Positions 41,893-55,310 are shown, counted from the first letter of the stretch. The stretch is 64,000 nt of DNA from Chrysomallon squamiferum (GCA_012295275.1 CM022673.1:10106001-10170000), one strand, 5' to 3'. Notes: generated from the sequence alone by a model not told the origin. Numbers and translations: made by a program.

Positions 41893-42637
41893 CCATCTCC
41901 TAAGCAGAAGTCATTTCTAAGCCCCTCATAGATTTCGGAATCACCTATTAGCAAATGACTGATATAAAAAGTTAATGGCTACATTATATCTAACCTTTGT
42001 CACAAATCCCGTATAAGTATCATGTTAGTGTAAAACAAAATTACATTTGTCAGTAATGAACAATATATTTACTTTGAAACACTAAACGCCATCTAAAACT
42101 TGATGCCTAAACGCTATTTGTACTATACTAATTCCAAAATTAAAATATCCTTTGTTTTTTTTTATTTTTGTTTTTGTTTTTTCACAGATGATTTCGGTAC
42201 AGTCGGGTCAAACAGAGATAAAAAAAGAAAGGTTAACAAATACTCACATATTTATGTAACAGCTAAAACATTTATTTATATACAGATAATTTCCTTAACA
42301 ACCCCTGCAAATGAAACAAATGCTTTTTAAAATATTATTTCTACTTAAACGGTAAACTGAAACTAATCCAGTGACAATAATTTAAAGTGAATCTGTCGGT
42401 GGAGTTTTTGGCACCAAATTTACAGCAGTTTTTCTCGTATTTAGTTTAAACAAAACAATCGAATGATCGAGCAAAATGTTAATGTGGAACATTATAGGTA
42501 CAGACATGCAAAAACTCTGATTCATTTTTACCAACTACGTAATTCCATCTCCTAAGCATAAGACAATTTCTAAACCCCTCCTTTGGAAGATTTTGGAATC
42601 AGCTATTAGCAAATGACTGATATTAAAAAGTTAATGG
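41893..42637 (+). repeat. Dispersed direct repeat pair (41893-41978 and 42545-42637)
   Basis: Both copies read CCATCTCCTAAGCA.AAG.CA.TTTCTAA.CCCCTC...GATTT.GGAATCA.CTATTAGCAAATGACTGATAT.AAAAAGTTAATGG. Confidence 0.85.
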
Positions 42638-44559
42638 AACAAACTGTAAAATAAGTGTTGTAGATGAAACAAGTAAATATCGGACATATGTTTGTAAAAT
42701 AAATATTTTAGAGTAAGTCCTTTCGAACATTAGGAAATCAACATATAAATCTGCATTAGCATATTGCAGAATAATTATTTTCGTGTAAAATAGAATCAGT
42801 GGTTTCAAACATGTGGATATCAGCAAATACGTATACACTAATATAAAGCAAACTAATTATTTTCGAAGGAGAAAAATATGAAGCATCATACAAGTAATGA
42901 TTTCGCAGCGACATGAAAATAAATGAAAATATATTCTATACAAAAATGTCAAATAATAACAGTCTTGCGTGCAAACATCTAAATAAGGAAATAAATATAA
43001 ATATGTTTTAGAAAAGATAGTTCCAGAAACGATGACCTTGCTTTTAATAAGCCTATGTACAGATGTGAAAAATAGTGATTCTAAAACAAATAAGTTGTAA
43101 GAAACAGTAATGCTGCATATGTAATAATGAGTATACATATAGGTATACACAGATAAATATACTACATACATACTTAAATACATACATTATATACATACAT
43201 AAATATATACATACAAACATACATATGCACATAAAACATCCATCCACCCATATATGCACATATTCACTTATACATAGACACATACATAACAGATTCATAT
43301 ATATCAATCTACCTACATACATACATTCATATATATATATATGTATATATATAAGTCTCCATCCATCCACCCGTACCTTCTTACTTACCTATCTACCTAT
43401 CAACACATATGTCTATATTTCTAATAAATAAATAAATAAATAAATAACACTGAAAAAAACAAAAAAAACATTTGAAAATTGTCAACAAATTAATCGGAGC
43501 ATCAAAAGTAATGTTAAATTATTGGTTATCTTCTACATCTGACACTTAATTTTTTTTTTTTTTTTCCATTATTATTATTAATTCTTCCGGCTTTATTATC
43601 TTTATCATCATACGTACAATTCAATGAGTACAATTCCTTCGCGTCATTTTCCTAATGCATTCCGTCATAACAAAACGATAACAGTAGTAGATTATCATAG
43701 AAAAAACCCACAACAACAACAAGAGCCAATCTGTCATTAGAGCATATCATCTGTTTATCTTCAGCTGGCATTAAGCTGTGATGATTATTAAAGTGTATCT
43801 CCAGTGATCTGACAAAACGTCTAAAATGATTTTAGTAAACTTTCAAGTGATTGCTTGTTTTGTTCCTGTTTTTTTTTTTTTTTTTTTTTTAAATGCCTTT
43901 GGTTGAGCTGACATAGAGTTTAAATGCATTTTGTACAGTAACTAATTTTTTTTTTTCTGTTTGATTCGTGATACCGGTCGGAATAATTAAGTAACAAAGT
44001 GCGGCAGTAAAATAAGACGATCGGTTTATGAGACCAGCAGTTTTGTAAGGCTGCAGAATAACGTGTCCGAGGAGATTAACGGGAGGCTGCGATTTTCCTT
44101 TTCATTTTGTGAACGCGTGAAGTTATGTGGAAGCTTTAAAAACTAAAATACTAATAAATGATGCGAATGATATATCATCTACGTTGAAGATTAGTTGACT
44201 GTAGATAAAACAAAACAAGCAAGTGTGAGAAAATGATTGTACGAGTTTTTCGTTTCGTCGGACTGATGTCACGAAATAAAGAAAAGAAAACTAATGAAAC
44301 AAGACTTTTGTCTCATTAACCATCTAAGAAATGAATTAAAAACAACGAAACAAGAAAATTAACTACCTAACCATCTAACAGTTCAGTTAACTAACTACTT
44401 AACAAGAAAGTTAACTAAGTAACAACTTATCAAGCAGTTTAAATTACTAACTAACCACTAAGCCAGTTAACAATCAGCTATTTTACCAGCCAGTTAACAA
44501 CCATCTAACAAGCCACTGAATAATCACGGAAGAAGAAAATTAACCAACTGACACCTTAA

Positions 44560-45062
44560 CTAGCCATTTAAATTACTGACCTTCCAACAAACCTTTATAA
44601 GTAACTAATCTTCTAATAAACCTTTTAAGTAACTAACTTCCTAAAAAGCCTTATAAATAAAAAAGCTTTTTAAATAACTAACCTTCTAACAAGTCATTTA
44701 AATAACTAACATTCTAACAAGCAATTAACTAACTAATCATCTAACAAGCCTTTTAAATAACTAACCTCCTAACAAGCTTTTTAAATAACTAACATTCTAA
44801 CAAGCTTTTTGAATAAGAAACCTTCTTAAAAGTCATTTAAATAACTAACATTCTAACAAGCAATTAACTAACTAATCATCTAACAAGTCTTTTAAATAAC
44901 TAACCTCCTAACAAGCTTTTTAAATAACTAACATTCTAACAAGCTTTTTGAATGAGAAACCTTCTTAAAAGTCATTTAAATAACTAACATTCTAAAAAGC
45001 AATTAACTGACTAATCGTCTAATAAGCTTTTTAAATAACTAACCTTCTAACAAGCCTTTTTA
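44560..45062 (+). repeat. ~28-bp minisatellite (CCTTCTAACAAGCTTTTTAAATAACTAA-type) with a 139-bp higher-order period
   Basis: AAGTCATTTAAATAACTAACATTCTAA starts at 44691, 44830 and 44969. Confidence 0.9.
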
Positions 45063-45659
45063 ATAACAAAACAATTAGATAACTAATCATGTAACTAGGT
45101 GATAAACAAACCAATCAACAATATTTTCTCTCAGTCTGACAGGCTCAATAATAATATGAAATAAAAAATTATACACTTTTCTTTGAAAGCAAAAAAAAAA
45201 AAAATACCAGGATATCTTGGATCAATCTTGGTCGTGAATAATTATCTTTTCCAAATGTCTGTCTGACTTTCATGAAAATTTCTTGAGGTTCTGCGGGGGC
45301 ATATTTCATCAACGAGTGTTTTAGCAAGCAAGAAGTTTTATATAATTTTTTTTTTTTTTTAATTTTCAAGGTTATTGCTTGACTCAAATGGGAGGAAATG
45401 TTACTGGGGCTCTAACAACTGTAATCTCAGAACGTGGCACAAAAATGGCCTGTTGTTAGAAGTCTAGCTTCTCAGAATTTTTTTTTTTTTTTTCAAAACA
45501 GCAAAAAAAAAAAAAAAAAAAAAAACAGTTACGTTTACGTGGGTTCCTAGGGCAATGTAAGTATATTTTAAAAAATAAATGCAAAGTTGGCGATTAAGTT
45601 AATGTAACCAGCTTTCTGAACTGAGAATATCAGACTGGTAGTAATTTGTTGGTTCATTT

Positions 45660-45763
<104 letters not shown>

Positions 45764-46384
45764 TTTTAGAAACTGAAGGTGGAAAAATATGTTCTTCTAT
45801 AAAGAAAATTAATTCACTATTAAACACCTATCTGATATTCCATTCCTGAAAAGAATAATGGCGATTCGCTTCATATTGAAAATAATAATAAAAATATATA
45901 AAAAACAAAAAAAAAAAAAAAAAACATTTAAAGCGGATAGCGATACAAATTTAATTTCATAATCGCCATGTTGAACTAATATTGACACAATTTACATCAA
46001 AGCCGCTTACTCCTCATCGAAACATGACGGTGTTGAAGTCGCGGGATAATTTCTGTTTGTTTAACTTTTTAAATGCACGAATTACCGTCATAGAGAGCCT
46101 CTAAACAAAGAGCTGAAAGTTAAAAATCAGGTAACGTTAGATTAACGCTCGCGATCGTTCAAAGGCTCGCTATTTATCGTGCGTTTCTCTCGCATCCTCT
46201 ATTCTTCCAAAATTCAAAGCGCCATAAATGAAAATATTTCTCTTTATATGGCAAGTTGTTTTATTATAATCATTTAACAGCTTATTATCACAACATAAAT
46301 TTCATTAGAAAGCCTGTTTTACACGTTTCATTTTTTTTTTTTTTATTATTATTATTATTTTTTTTATTTTCAGTTTTGTTTTCA

Positions 46385-46565
46385 GCGAGCAGTTAAGATT
46401 TTGCTCAATGGTTAGAACTCCTATTGGCTGCAGGATCAACGCTACTTAACGGCATCTAGTAGACTTTTTTTTTGTGAGGGCTGGTGCTCTGGTTATCAAA
46501 TGCTCTGGTATGAGATTTATTGTCTACAGGAAAACAGCATATAACAAAAAATCCCTTGCTTAATT
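46385..46565 (+). mobile_element. Degenerate SINE copy downstream of, or within the 3'UTR of, the FxRIamide gene
   Basis: GCTCAATGGTTAGA A-box-like, GGATCAAC B-box-like, CTGGTTATCAAA..CTGGTATG, GCATATAA...ATCCCTTGCT core as in the 53.4-kb copy. Confidence 0.5.
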
Positions 46566-47003
46566 AATTAATCCCAAACAATTGTTGTCCATCTTCATGT
46601 AATTATTCCCCATAAATTTTTTTAATGCGTTGTCCATTTATGTAAACTTCAAAAAGCAAATAAAACAAAACTTTTTGTGACCAAAGGCTTCTTATAATAA
46701 AAAAACTAAGCGATGAAATATCATTGATACTTTTGTTTCGAAATGTGTGTGTGTGTGTGTGTTTAACTTTTATGTCATTTGAAAAACACTGATCTAAAGA
46801 GACAGAAAGAAAGAATATGTATGTTTGCGAGTACGTACGTGTGTCTGTAATAAACAGACACTGAAATCACCATTTCAACAAACCATCATAATTAAACGAC
46901 TGTTATTTCATTCATTCGTCATCGCAGACTGCACAGCAAACACAGATAAATAAACACTTAGTCTCACCTGAGGACGGGATTTTCCTAAATTCAGGTACAA
47001 GCT

Positions 47004-47684
47004 TTACACGGATTTGACGTCAACGCTTCTTTTCCCAATGCGAACGAACTGGGACTGTCGATTCCCGCTCCTCTGGGCGTAGCTTATGGGCGTCTTCTCT
47101 AATCCTCCGAACCCGTACTCGCGGGCCATGCGAAGATAAGCCGACGAGGGGATTTTTCCAATACGGATGAAAGCATTTCTTCTCTTTTGGAAGTTATCAC
47201 CACTGTAACCGTCTGATTTTCCTATCCGTACAAAACTGCTGGGTACTCGCTTTGGGTCCGAATCCTTGCCAATGCGAACGAAGCTGCTGCCAGCTTTTCC
47301 TATTCTCAAAAAGCTGCTGCCAGCTTTTCCTATTCTAACAAAGCCGCTGCCAGCTTTTCCTATTCTCACGAAGCGACTCGGAGCTCGGCCTATTCTCAGA
47401 AAACGACTTATGGCTCGCTTTTCGGGATCAACGACGTCGTCATCCTCGATGAGGTCTGGACTGACGCCCTCGTCGTCTTCGACCGATTTCCCGATTCGAA
47501 GAAAAACATTCTTTGACCTGCCTCCCCTTTTGTCGACGTCGTCGGAGGGGTTTTCGTCGTTGACGCCGAGGTCGCTGCCGGCGGGTGATTCGAGAGGGGA
47601 GGCGCTGGTGAAGTGGTTGAACAGGCTAATACTGACGAGTGTGAAGACGGCAAATGAAAACATACGTGGAACCATTCCTAGCAT
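47004..47684 (-). CDS. FxRIa: FxRIamide (FVRIamide / S-Iamide) neuropeptide precursor, 226 aa
   Basis: GCCACGATG start context, hydrophobic signal peptide (~28 aa) and acidic spacers. Nine FxRI-G-K/R cassettes: GGRSKNVFLRI, AISRFLRI, APSRFVRI, AGSGFVRI, AGSSFLRI, AGSSFVRI, VPSSFVRI, NAFIRI, QSQFVRI. High GC content relative to the flanks. ttttcag acceptor at 47697-47696. Confidence 0.97.
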   Translation of the reverse strand: MLGMVPRMFSFAVFTLVSISLFNHFTSASPLESPAGSDLGVNDENPSDDVDKRGGRSKNVFLRIGKSVEDDEGVSPDLIEDDDVVDPEKRAISRFLRIGRAPSRFVRIGKAGSGFVRIGKAGSSFLRIGKAGSSFVRIGKDSDPKRVPSSFVRIGKSDGYSGDNFQKRRNAFIRIGKIPSSAYLRMAREYGFGGLEKTPISYAQRSGNRQSQFVRIGKRSVDVKSV

Positions 47685-47704
47685 CGTGGCGTGGTCTGAA
47701 AATA

Positions 47705-47868
<164 letters not shown>

Positions 47869-49833
47869 TTTTATCTATCTATCTATCAGTAATAATAATA
47901 AGAAGAAGAGGAAGAAGAAGAGGAACAACAACAACCACAACAACAACAACAACAACAACAGAGGTATTAGTAGTAGTTGTGGTGTTATTGTGTTGTAATA
48001 GTAGTGGAAGTAGTAGTTGTAGATATACTAATGAAAATAATAGTATTACTGGTAGTAGTAGTAGTAATAGTAGTAGTAACAATAGTTGTAGTAGTAGTAG
48101 TAATAGTAGTAGTAGTTGTAGTAGAGGTAGATGGGTAAATAGATTGAAACAGAGAAACAGACAGACGGTGAAAAACTATTATAGCAACAACAACAACAAC
48201 AACAACAAAACCCTTTCTATTTCAGAATTAATTTTATATGCAAGACTTACTGCACCAAACAAAAGACGAACAAATTCTACGAAACTAAACAGTAAAAACA
48301 ACGTATTAATATTAATGGACGATTCGTGTGTGTGTGTTAATCCCGGGGGGACGCGGTCAGATGCTGCGTGAAATTGTAAAGAAATTAAAACACGCTGATT
48401 ACTGAAATAAAACTCATGGAAGATAGCGTCTGACATTTTCCTCTATCATTCTGACTTAACTGAGAGTCGCGAACGAGGCTGATTAATTGATGACATATCC
48501 ACACAGATTAAAAAAACAACAACAACAACAGAACAGCTTCAACAGAGTCAGTGCTTTAAAATTAAGAGATATAAGAATATTACCGGATTCGTTTTAGGGT
48601 CAGTACTTAGGTTTTGGACTTGATGAATTTCTATAATAAATAAAGATTGGAGATCGCATGTTGTTGAAAAAAAATAAATAAAATAAATATGGTTTAATTT
48701 GATAAAATATTTCTGCTACATTTCTTTTCGTACGAAGATGTATTATGTCTTATTTAAATCTGATTTGAATTCATGCTCGGTCTCTGTTCGTACAAAGTTA
48801 TATTATGTCTTCCTTAAATGTGATTGGATTTTATGTGAATGAATCGTTCATTCGTGCAGAGTGGTTCGATAAGTCATATCGTCTGGATGCACCTTAACGA
48901 AAGAAGCAGCTCTTGGAAACTCAGGTTCTAGGGGGAAAAAATATGATAAAAGATGTCTGCAAATTGTGTATTTCAGTTTCTTGTACAGAGATTTATAGAT
49001 CACTTTAATAAAGCCAATTAAAGGAAGTAATCTCATCAAAATACACACACAAACATAGTCACATACATACATACATACCCATACATACACAAACCAACAC
49101 AATTCAGATACAGAAGAAAAAATCAGAATGAAATACTTAGTTTTGTTTTCTTGCTTGAATATTTTCTGAAGAAAACGTTTTGAAACGTAACTGTACATTT
49201 AAAATGTATTTTATTTTACTGAGTGTGTTTATTTTTTATAAATGTATCTGTATGTATGTATGTATGTTTATATGTGTGTATATATGTTTGTATGTATATA
49301 TGTTTTTAATGTAAGTATGCCTGTATGTATGTATGTGTGTATGTATGTATGTATGTATGTATGCATGCATATATATATGTATGTATGCATGTATGTGTAT
49401 GAAGAGAGAAAGAAAGAGAGATGAAATGAGAGAATGAATGACAGAAATAAAGATATATATTATAAAGAGGTCAAAGAAGATGACAGAGACTGATAAGGAA
49501 ATAGAGAATAAAATATAATTTTTAAAAAGATGACATACGGCAATATTACATAACTTAGTATTCATTACTGAAGGTATTTCTTTCCCGAGCATTTAATAAA
49601 GTGAAAAAAAAAAAAAATGAAAACCGTTATAATTACAATCGATTAATTGCCATAACCGATGCCAGCAGGTGTAAAATGATAATTCAGTTGTCTCCGTTTT
49701 AACACGTTGTCCATCATACGAGGGTGAAAGGTGTGTCTAAAAGCAGAAACCTAATCTGATAAACTGTGCTGACGGATTGCGGTGACAGTCTTTTCATTAG
49801 AAATATTCTTACAATAGCCAAGCTAGGTTTTAA

Positions 49834-49955
<122 letters not shown>

Positions 49956-51092
49956 CTCTCTATGCGTGTATGTTTGTGTATATTCACTCACGCAAATACA
50001 GGTTTATATAGTTAAAGAATGGTACCATTGTATCATGGGAGTTTACTGATGAAGACACAGTTAAAGTTAAATTAAAAAGGTAGAGGAAAATGAAATAAAA
50101 GAGGAAAGGAAAGAAACAGAAAGGAAAGAAATGTGGAAAGAACAAAACATTTGAAGGAAAGAAGGAAAAAGAAATTATATTAGGAACGATGGGGGAAGAA
50201 AAAAAAAGAGAAGGAAAAAGAAGGCAGAAACGATGTAATAAATAAATATATATCTATATTTTCTTTTTTGTTGCTTGGCTTACATAGAACCTAACAGTCA
50301 TATGACATAAACACTAACGCTTTTACATAAATGGGTCAAAACTAAAAATAACGTCTTTACTTCTTTCTCGAGCTGGTCAAAAGCATTTTGTGATGCTTAG
50401 TAATATGAATACACTGTCAAATCTCAATACTGTAAGGAATAATTTTGTGTTTCAGGGCCAAGAAGGCAAACATAGCATAGAACGTACCACTGCAGAAACT
50501 TCAGAACTTCGGGAAAATTATTTTCTTTATTTCTATCTTCCTACAAATATATCATCTCACCAACGAAATCATTTCTCTTCTTTTATTACTAGATTTTTTT
50601 TTTTGATTTTTTTTTTTAAATTATTTTTGTTTTTAATCTTTTGTCAAACTTCAAAACGGATAATCCCCGTCCTTCGATTTCGTATTTTAAAAAAAACAAA
50701 CAAAAAAAACAAACAACATCTTGTAAGAATTTCTTTGAAGACATGATCTACTGTGTTATGTTTTTGGCTGCGTCTTTTTGTGTTTGGTTTTAATTAATTT
50801 TATTTAAAACATGCAGAGGGCTTTAGTGAAGATAGTTTACGTTTTGTTTAATTTTTTTTTTTTTTTTTTTTTTTTACATACGCTCTGAAAGTTTTAATTA
50901 ATTTTATTAAACGATGGTTTTGCAGTTTTTGTTCAAGGCGTTACGTTTCATTTGTGTAATAGATGTAATATCTTTGCATTAATGGTTTTAATGCTATTCC
51001 GTAGATATTACTTACTTCTTTAAATCAAGATATACAACTGTAAAAAAACACCATCACCACCACCACCACCACCACCACCACCACCACCACCT

Positions 51093-51123
<31 letters not shown>

Positions 51124-51377
51124 AAAACCTTTTACATATACTAATTAACGTCAAAATACGGACGTACATTTTTTTACGATTTTTCAGCATTAAAGAAAAT
51201 GTATGCAATATAAACATAGGCAAGTCATACATATATTTTGCATACATACTTAATCTTATCCATCCATCCATCCATCCGAGATTTTCATCCATCCATCCAT
51301 CCATCCATCCATCCATCCATCCATCCATCCATCCATCCATCCATCCATCCATTCATAGCATCTTCGGCTTTAAATGT

Positions 51378-51416
<39 letters not shown>

Positions 51417-53369
51417 TCTAAAATATACATACACACATCTTGGCTCAGAAAAAATGAAAAAGGATTATTATTATTATGATTATGATTTTTTTTATTATTT
51501 TTTATTATTAAAGAAAATTATTAATTTTTTATTATTTTTATTTTTTTTGATTTTTATTTTATTATTATTATCAAAAGTTAGATTTTAAATATCGTTGTAT
51601 TTTCCCCTGCTATTTTAGATGACAAGATGCTTAAAACAATTTCCTTTAGTTATTTAATATCTTTTAAAATGAATAAGTATGATTTTTTTATTTTTTTTTT
51701 TTTCAATTTTTCGATTATATGGTTTTATCTGTAATTTGGACTAACAATAAATGAAAATGAACTTTAATGTTATTATTATTATTATTAACGCGTATTATAA
51801 TTATTATTATTAAATATTAAAATTAAAATTTTTATTATTACAGTCCGCCGCGTTTATTATTAACTATTATTATCATGGATAACAGATAAATTTAACAGGC
51901 AAGATCCCAGAATATTTTAAGATGAAAGACGTATTAGTCTGTCAACAATTTATCAAAACAGCATTACTGATGATGATGATGATGATTTAATATCTTAATT
52001 TAATAATAGTAGTACCCTAGTAGTAGTAGTAGTAGTAGTTCACGATAATCTTTGATATATAAATCTAGAATTGGCAAAAACAAAAACAAATACCATGAAC
52101 CACAAAATCTGCCAGTCGTTTACACAGGCCTGTTCTTTGAAATTAAACTTTGTTTTTAAGAAAGATTGACATCTCTTAAGAAATGAGATAATGACACTGA
52201 AATGTCAGCTAAATTTTCTTTCAGCAGTCTTATTTGTTTTTCATACGTTGGTTATTAGGAAAGTTAGACGGCTAATATAAATAACAAAACCTCATGCAAG
52301 TATCAGCTAAGTAGTATATTGTGTGACTCTTTGTTTTGACGTCGTTCTTTATTATTAGGAAAGATTCGTATATATTAATCTGTCACATTTTCAACAACAC
52401 ACGTTATTTAAATATAACTATTTTTATTAATAACCGCGAACAAGCTGAGAGAAACCAAATTAATGTTTTAAGAAACGTAGAGTGTAAAAATTATTTTTTC
52501 CAAAGCTTTATCGATCCAGAAAAGTGTAAATGTTTCCCTCGGATTAAAAAAGAAAATGAACTCAAATATACAGTCGACGACACTCTTGATCATTTTTGCT
52601 ACAAACTTTCGTATGAACTATCGCCAATTTGCGGCAGTCTTTCGCGCGATCTTTCGACTGTAATAGTAGGTTATTGAAGATGTTTTTCTTTATTTTATTA
52701 ACTAATTACAAGAACTCTTAATCAAATAGCACTTACTCATAATTAACTGAATATTTTACCTGATTCGGATGCTAGAATTTGATTAATTACAGTTTTCATC
52801 GCATTAAGATAGCACGCCATCATCCGCCGTAGTGTCTTTACATGCGCTACATAACTAATACTGATAGGACACTCCGGCACAAAATTACAAGATTTTGAGT
52901 TGGGATGGACCGATTAGATATGCGTACAGTATTAAGGTTGTGGGCGAAAGGCTTCACCGTGTTTTAAAATATTCCATATTACCAACGGAAATAAATAATC
53001 TCGAAGAGGTTTAAATGAAAATGCTGCAGTAACATCATTATCATACAGATATTCTAAAACAGTAAATATTCTGAAGTTGTTATACGAATAAAGCAAGAAG
53101 CGGTTAAAACTGTTAATTAAAAACAAACTTTTAACAAGCAGTTATTTTAAAAGGCTGCTGCCGTTATGGTTATGCTTCTTCTTCATTTTTTTCCTTTTTT
53201 TTTCATTCTTTCTTGCTTTTTTTTTTTTATTTTTTTGAAAACTTCTGAAGAGAAAGTGATTTTATGAATAAAGGTTACTGAAACCAAACCATCCTGTATC
53301 ACCCATTCTTTACCCAACTGTTATTGCAACGTATTTACTTGATGCGTGCCCGGGTGAATCTAAACTTGG

Positions 53370-53680
53370 TATCTGACTCCGCATCGTTCAGTCAAGGTGC
53401 GATGGGTTTTCCGATCGATCCTCCTTGCAACTATTTCTCGTTCCAACCACTGCTCTGCTGGTGTAAGACAATTTAAGGCAAGTTTTGTCCTATCCGTGGG
53501 ACGGTACATGTAAAAGATCCCTTACTGCTAATTGGAAAGAGTGACCCATGAAGTGGATATAGAAGATTTTCTCACTCATTATCTGAATGCTTCTAAGCTA
53601 TATATACGACGCCTTTTAACCGTAAATAAAAAGTGTTGTGACCATTGTCATTAATAAAACACTGTTTTCCATCCTTCTTG
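53370..53680 (+). mobile_element. tRNA-derived SINE, near full length, in FxRIamide intron 1 (antisense to the gene)
   Basis: GATCGATCC B-box-like head; CTATTTCTCGTTCCAACCA; core TAAAAGATCCCTTACTGCTAATTGGAAAGAGTGACCCATGAAGTGG, which resembles a Deu/Nin-type domain; tail CGACGCC..TAACCGTAAATAAAAAGTGTTG..TTAATAAAAC. Recalled as a common gastropod SINE, and related copies occur in this window. Confidence 0.75.
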
Positions 53681-54098
53681 TGATTTCAGTAACTTAAACA
53701 TGCCATCAGTGCATCATTAAATAAGAAAAAAAAAACTCTTTCTTCGTTTGATTCATCGTTATTGTTGGTGTATTATTTCAAATGACTACAATTAATTGGT
53801 TTTGAAAAAAAAAAAATTAAAAAAATAAAATTTAAAAAATTACATCTGTTAAACTTTTTTCAAATCTGTGCATTTTCCGATGCCATGAAAAACTAATCTT
53901 TAAAATAACAAACGTTAGTTAAACCATTTCAAATCAATAGCTTTTCGGATCATAAGAAGCGGATGAAATTAAAAAAAACAAAAAAAATCAGTATTAAAAA
54001 AAGAAAGTGTTACAATCAATTTGTTTCTGTCTAAATCTTTTAAACACGCCTAGCAAAACACATAGATTACGAGGTGATTCTATACTTTTTAGCGAAAA

Positions 54099-54130
<32 letters not shown>

Positions 54131-55125
54131 CAAAGCAACAAAAACAGATCTGTTTCAACAGCGGGTGAAAATTTATTACAAAGTTTCTGTGGCTGGGTAT
54201 AGAGTTGTAATTAAAATAAATTCAGCTTAATGAACATTTATGTACCTAAAATCATTTTATGTTTATAGCACACTGAGGTGGGGTGGGGTTAGTCCCTGGG
54301 GACAGAGATCAGTACGTGGCCTATAGAGAGACGTTATATTTTTTTTTTATTATCTTTTTAAATATTTTCATTTCAGAAAGAAGTTCATTTAATAAAAAAC
54401 ATATTACTTTTGAAACAAACAGATTCGTAAAATTACTTTTAACAGACTTTTCTTGATATTTTAAATAACTTGTTAATTTAAAAAAATGTACAATAATGAA
54501 GTTGTCGAGTAACAAGATATTACTTTTGGAAAAAAGTCGTTTTTGCAAAATTACTTTAATCAGTTATGGACAGACATTTCATTGCATTTTAAATTTTTTC
54601 TTTAATTAATTATTTCATAAAAGTAAATATTTGATAGTCTTCAGTTATTAGCTTAGTCTTTAACCAGCATTGAAAAAGAACGTAAAGATTTGTTGTTAAA
54701 ACAAGACGCTAGTTCTGCGGGTTTCGATCTCTCAAACCAATACATCTCTATCAGTCAAACTGAATACAACGCTTTTAAAAAAAAAAAAAAAAAATAAAAA
54801 TAAAAGTTAAATCAGAAAACAATTACTGATAATTCTCTATCACAGTTAGAAATGTTTTGCTGACACAAAATTCCTGAAACAAATTCCTATAAAGTAAAAC
54901 TAACTCGATGAATTTTCTCTCAAGAGAATCGATTTTATCGTCTTAACGATAATTTTAATACAAATAATCGTTAATGACTTATTAGCACGTGCACACGAAC
55001 ACACACAACAATGAACAATAAATACTTTTTCTTTTTAAAAAATATTAAAAATGAACAGTACATTATTTTTTTTTTTTTTTAATATATATATATATACATA
55101 CATACAGATATATAGTAGTACCTAC

Positions 55126-55162
55126 CTTTTCTTTTCGTGTAGGTCCCCCGATTAATTAGAAA
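55126..55162 (-). other. FxRIa: Predicted non-coding exon 1 of the FxRIamide gene (intron 55125-47696, 7430 bp)
   Basis: AAG|GTAGGT donor at 55125 on the - strand, ~60 nt downstream of a TATA-like box. The coding exon has an acceptor 11 nt before its ATG, so an upstream exon is required. Confidence 0.6.
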
Positions 55163-55310
55163 TACGAAGATGTCAGAACAGTACTATATAAGCCAGAGGT
55201 AATTTATGCGGAGGGACAAAGGCGCAGTGAAGCTGTTGTTAGGCTTATTCCGACAATACGACGGCCGGCGAAATCATCTTGACGTCTCTGATTGGCTGTG
55301 ACGTAAAGAC
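55163..55310 (-). promoter_or_regulatory. Predicted FxRIamide core promoter: TATATA (55185-55191), CRE-like TGACGTCT (55280-55287), CCAAT (55291-55295, - strand), CRE-like TGACGTAA (55299-55306)
   Basis: Motifs read directly, with correct orientation and spacing relative to the donor at 55125. CpG-rich context. Confidence 0.6.

Noticed and set aside
51020-51588. MDGW/IHPS repeat ORFs and MYVC/IHTY ORFs (43, 49, 61 kb)
   Set aside because: Translations of (ATCC)n and (ATGT)n tetranucleotide repeats.
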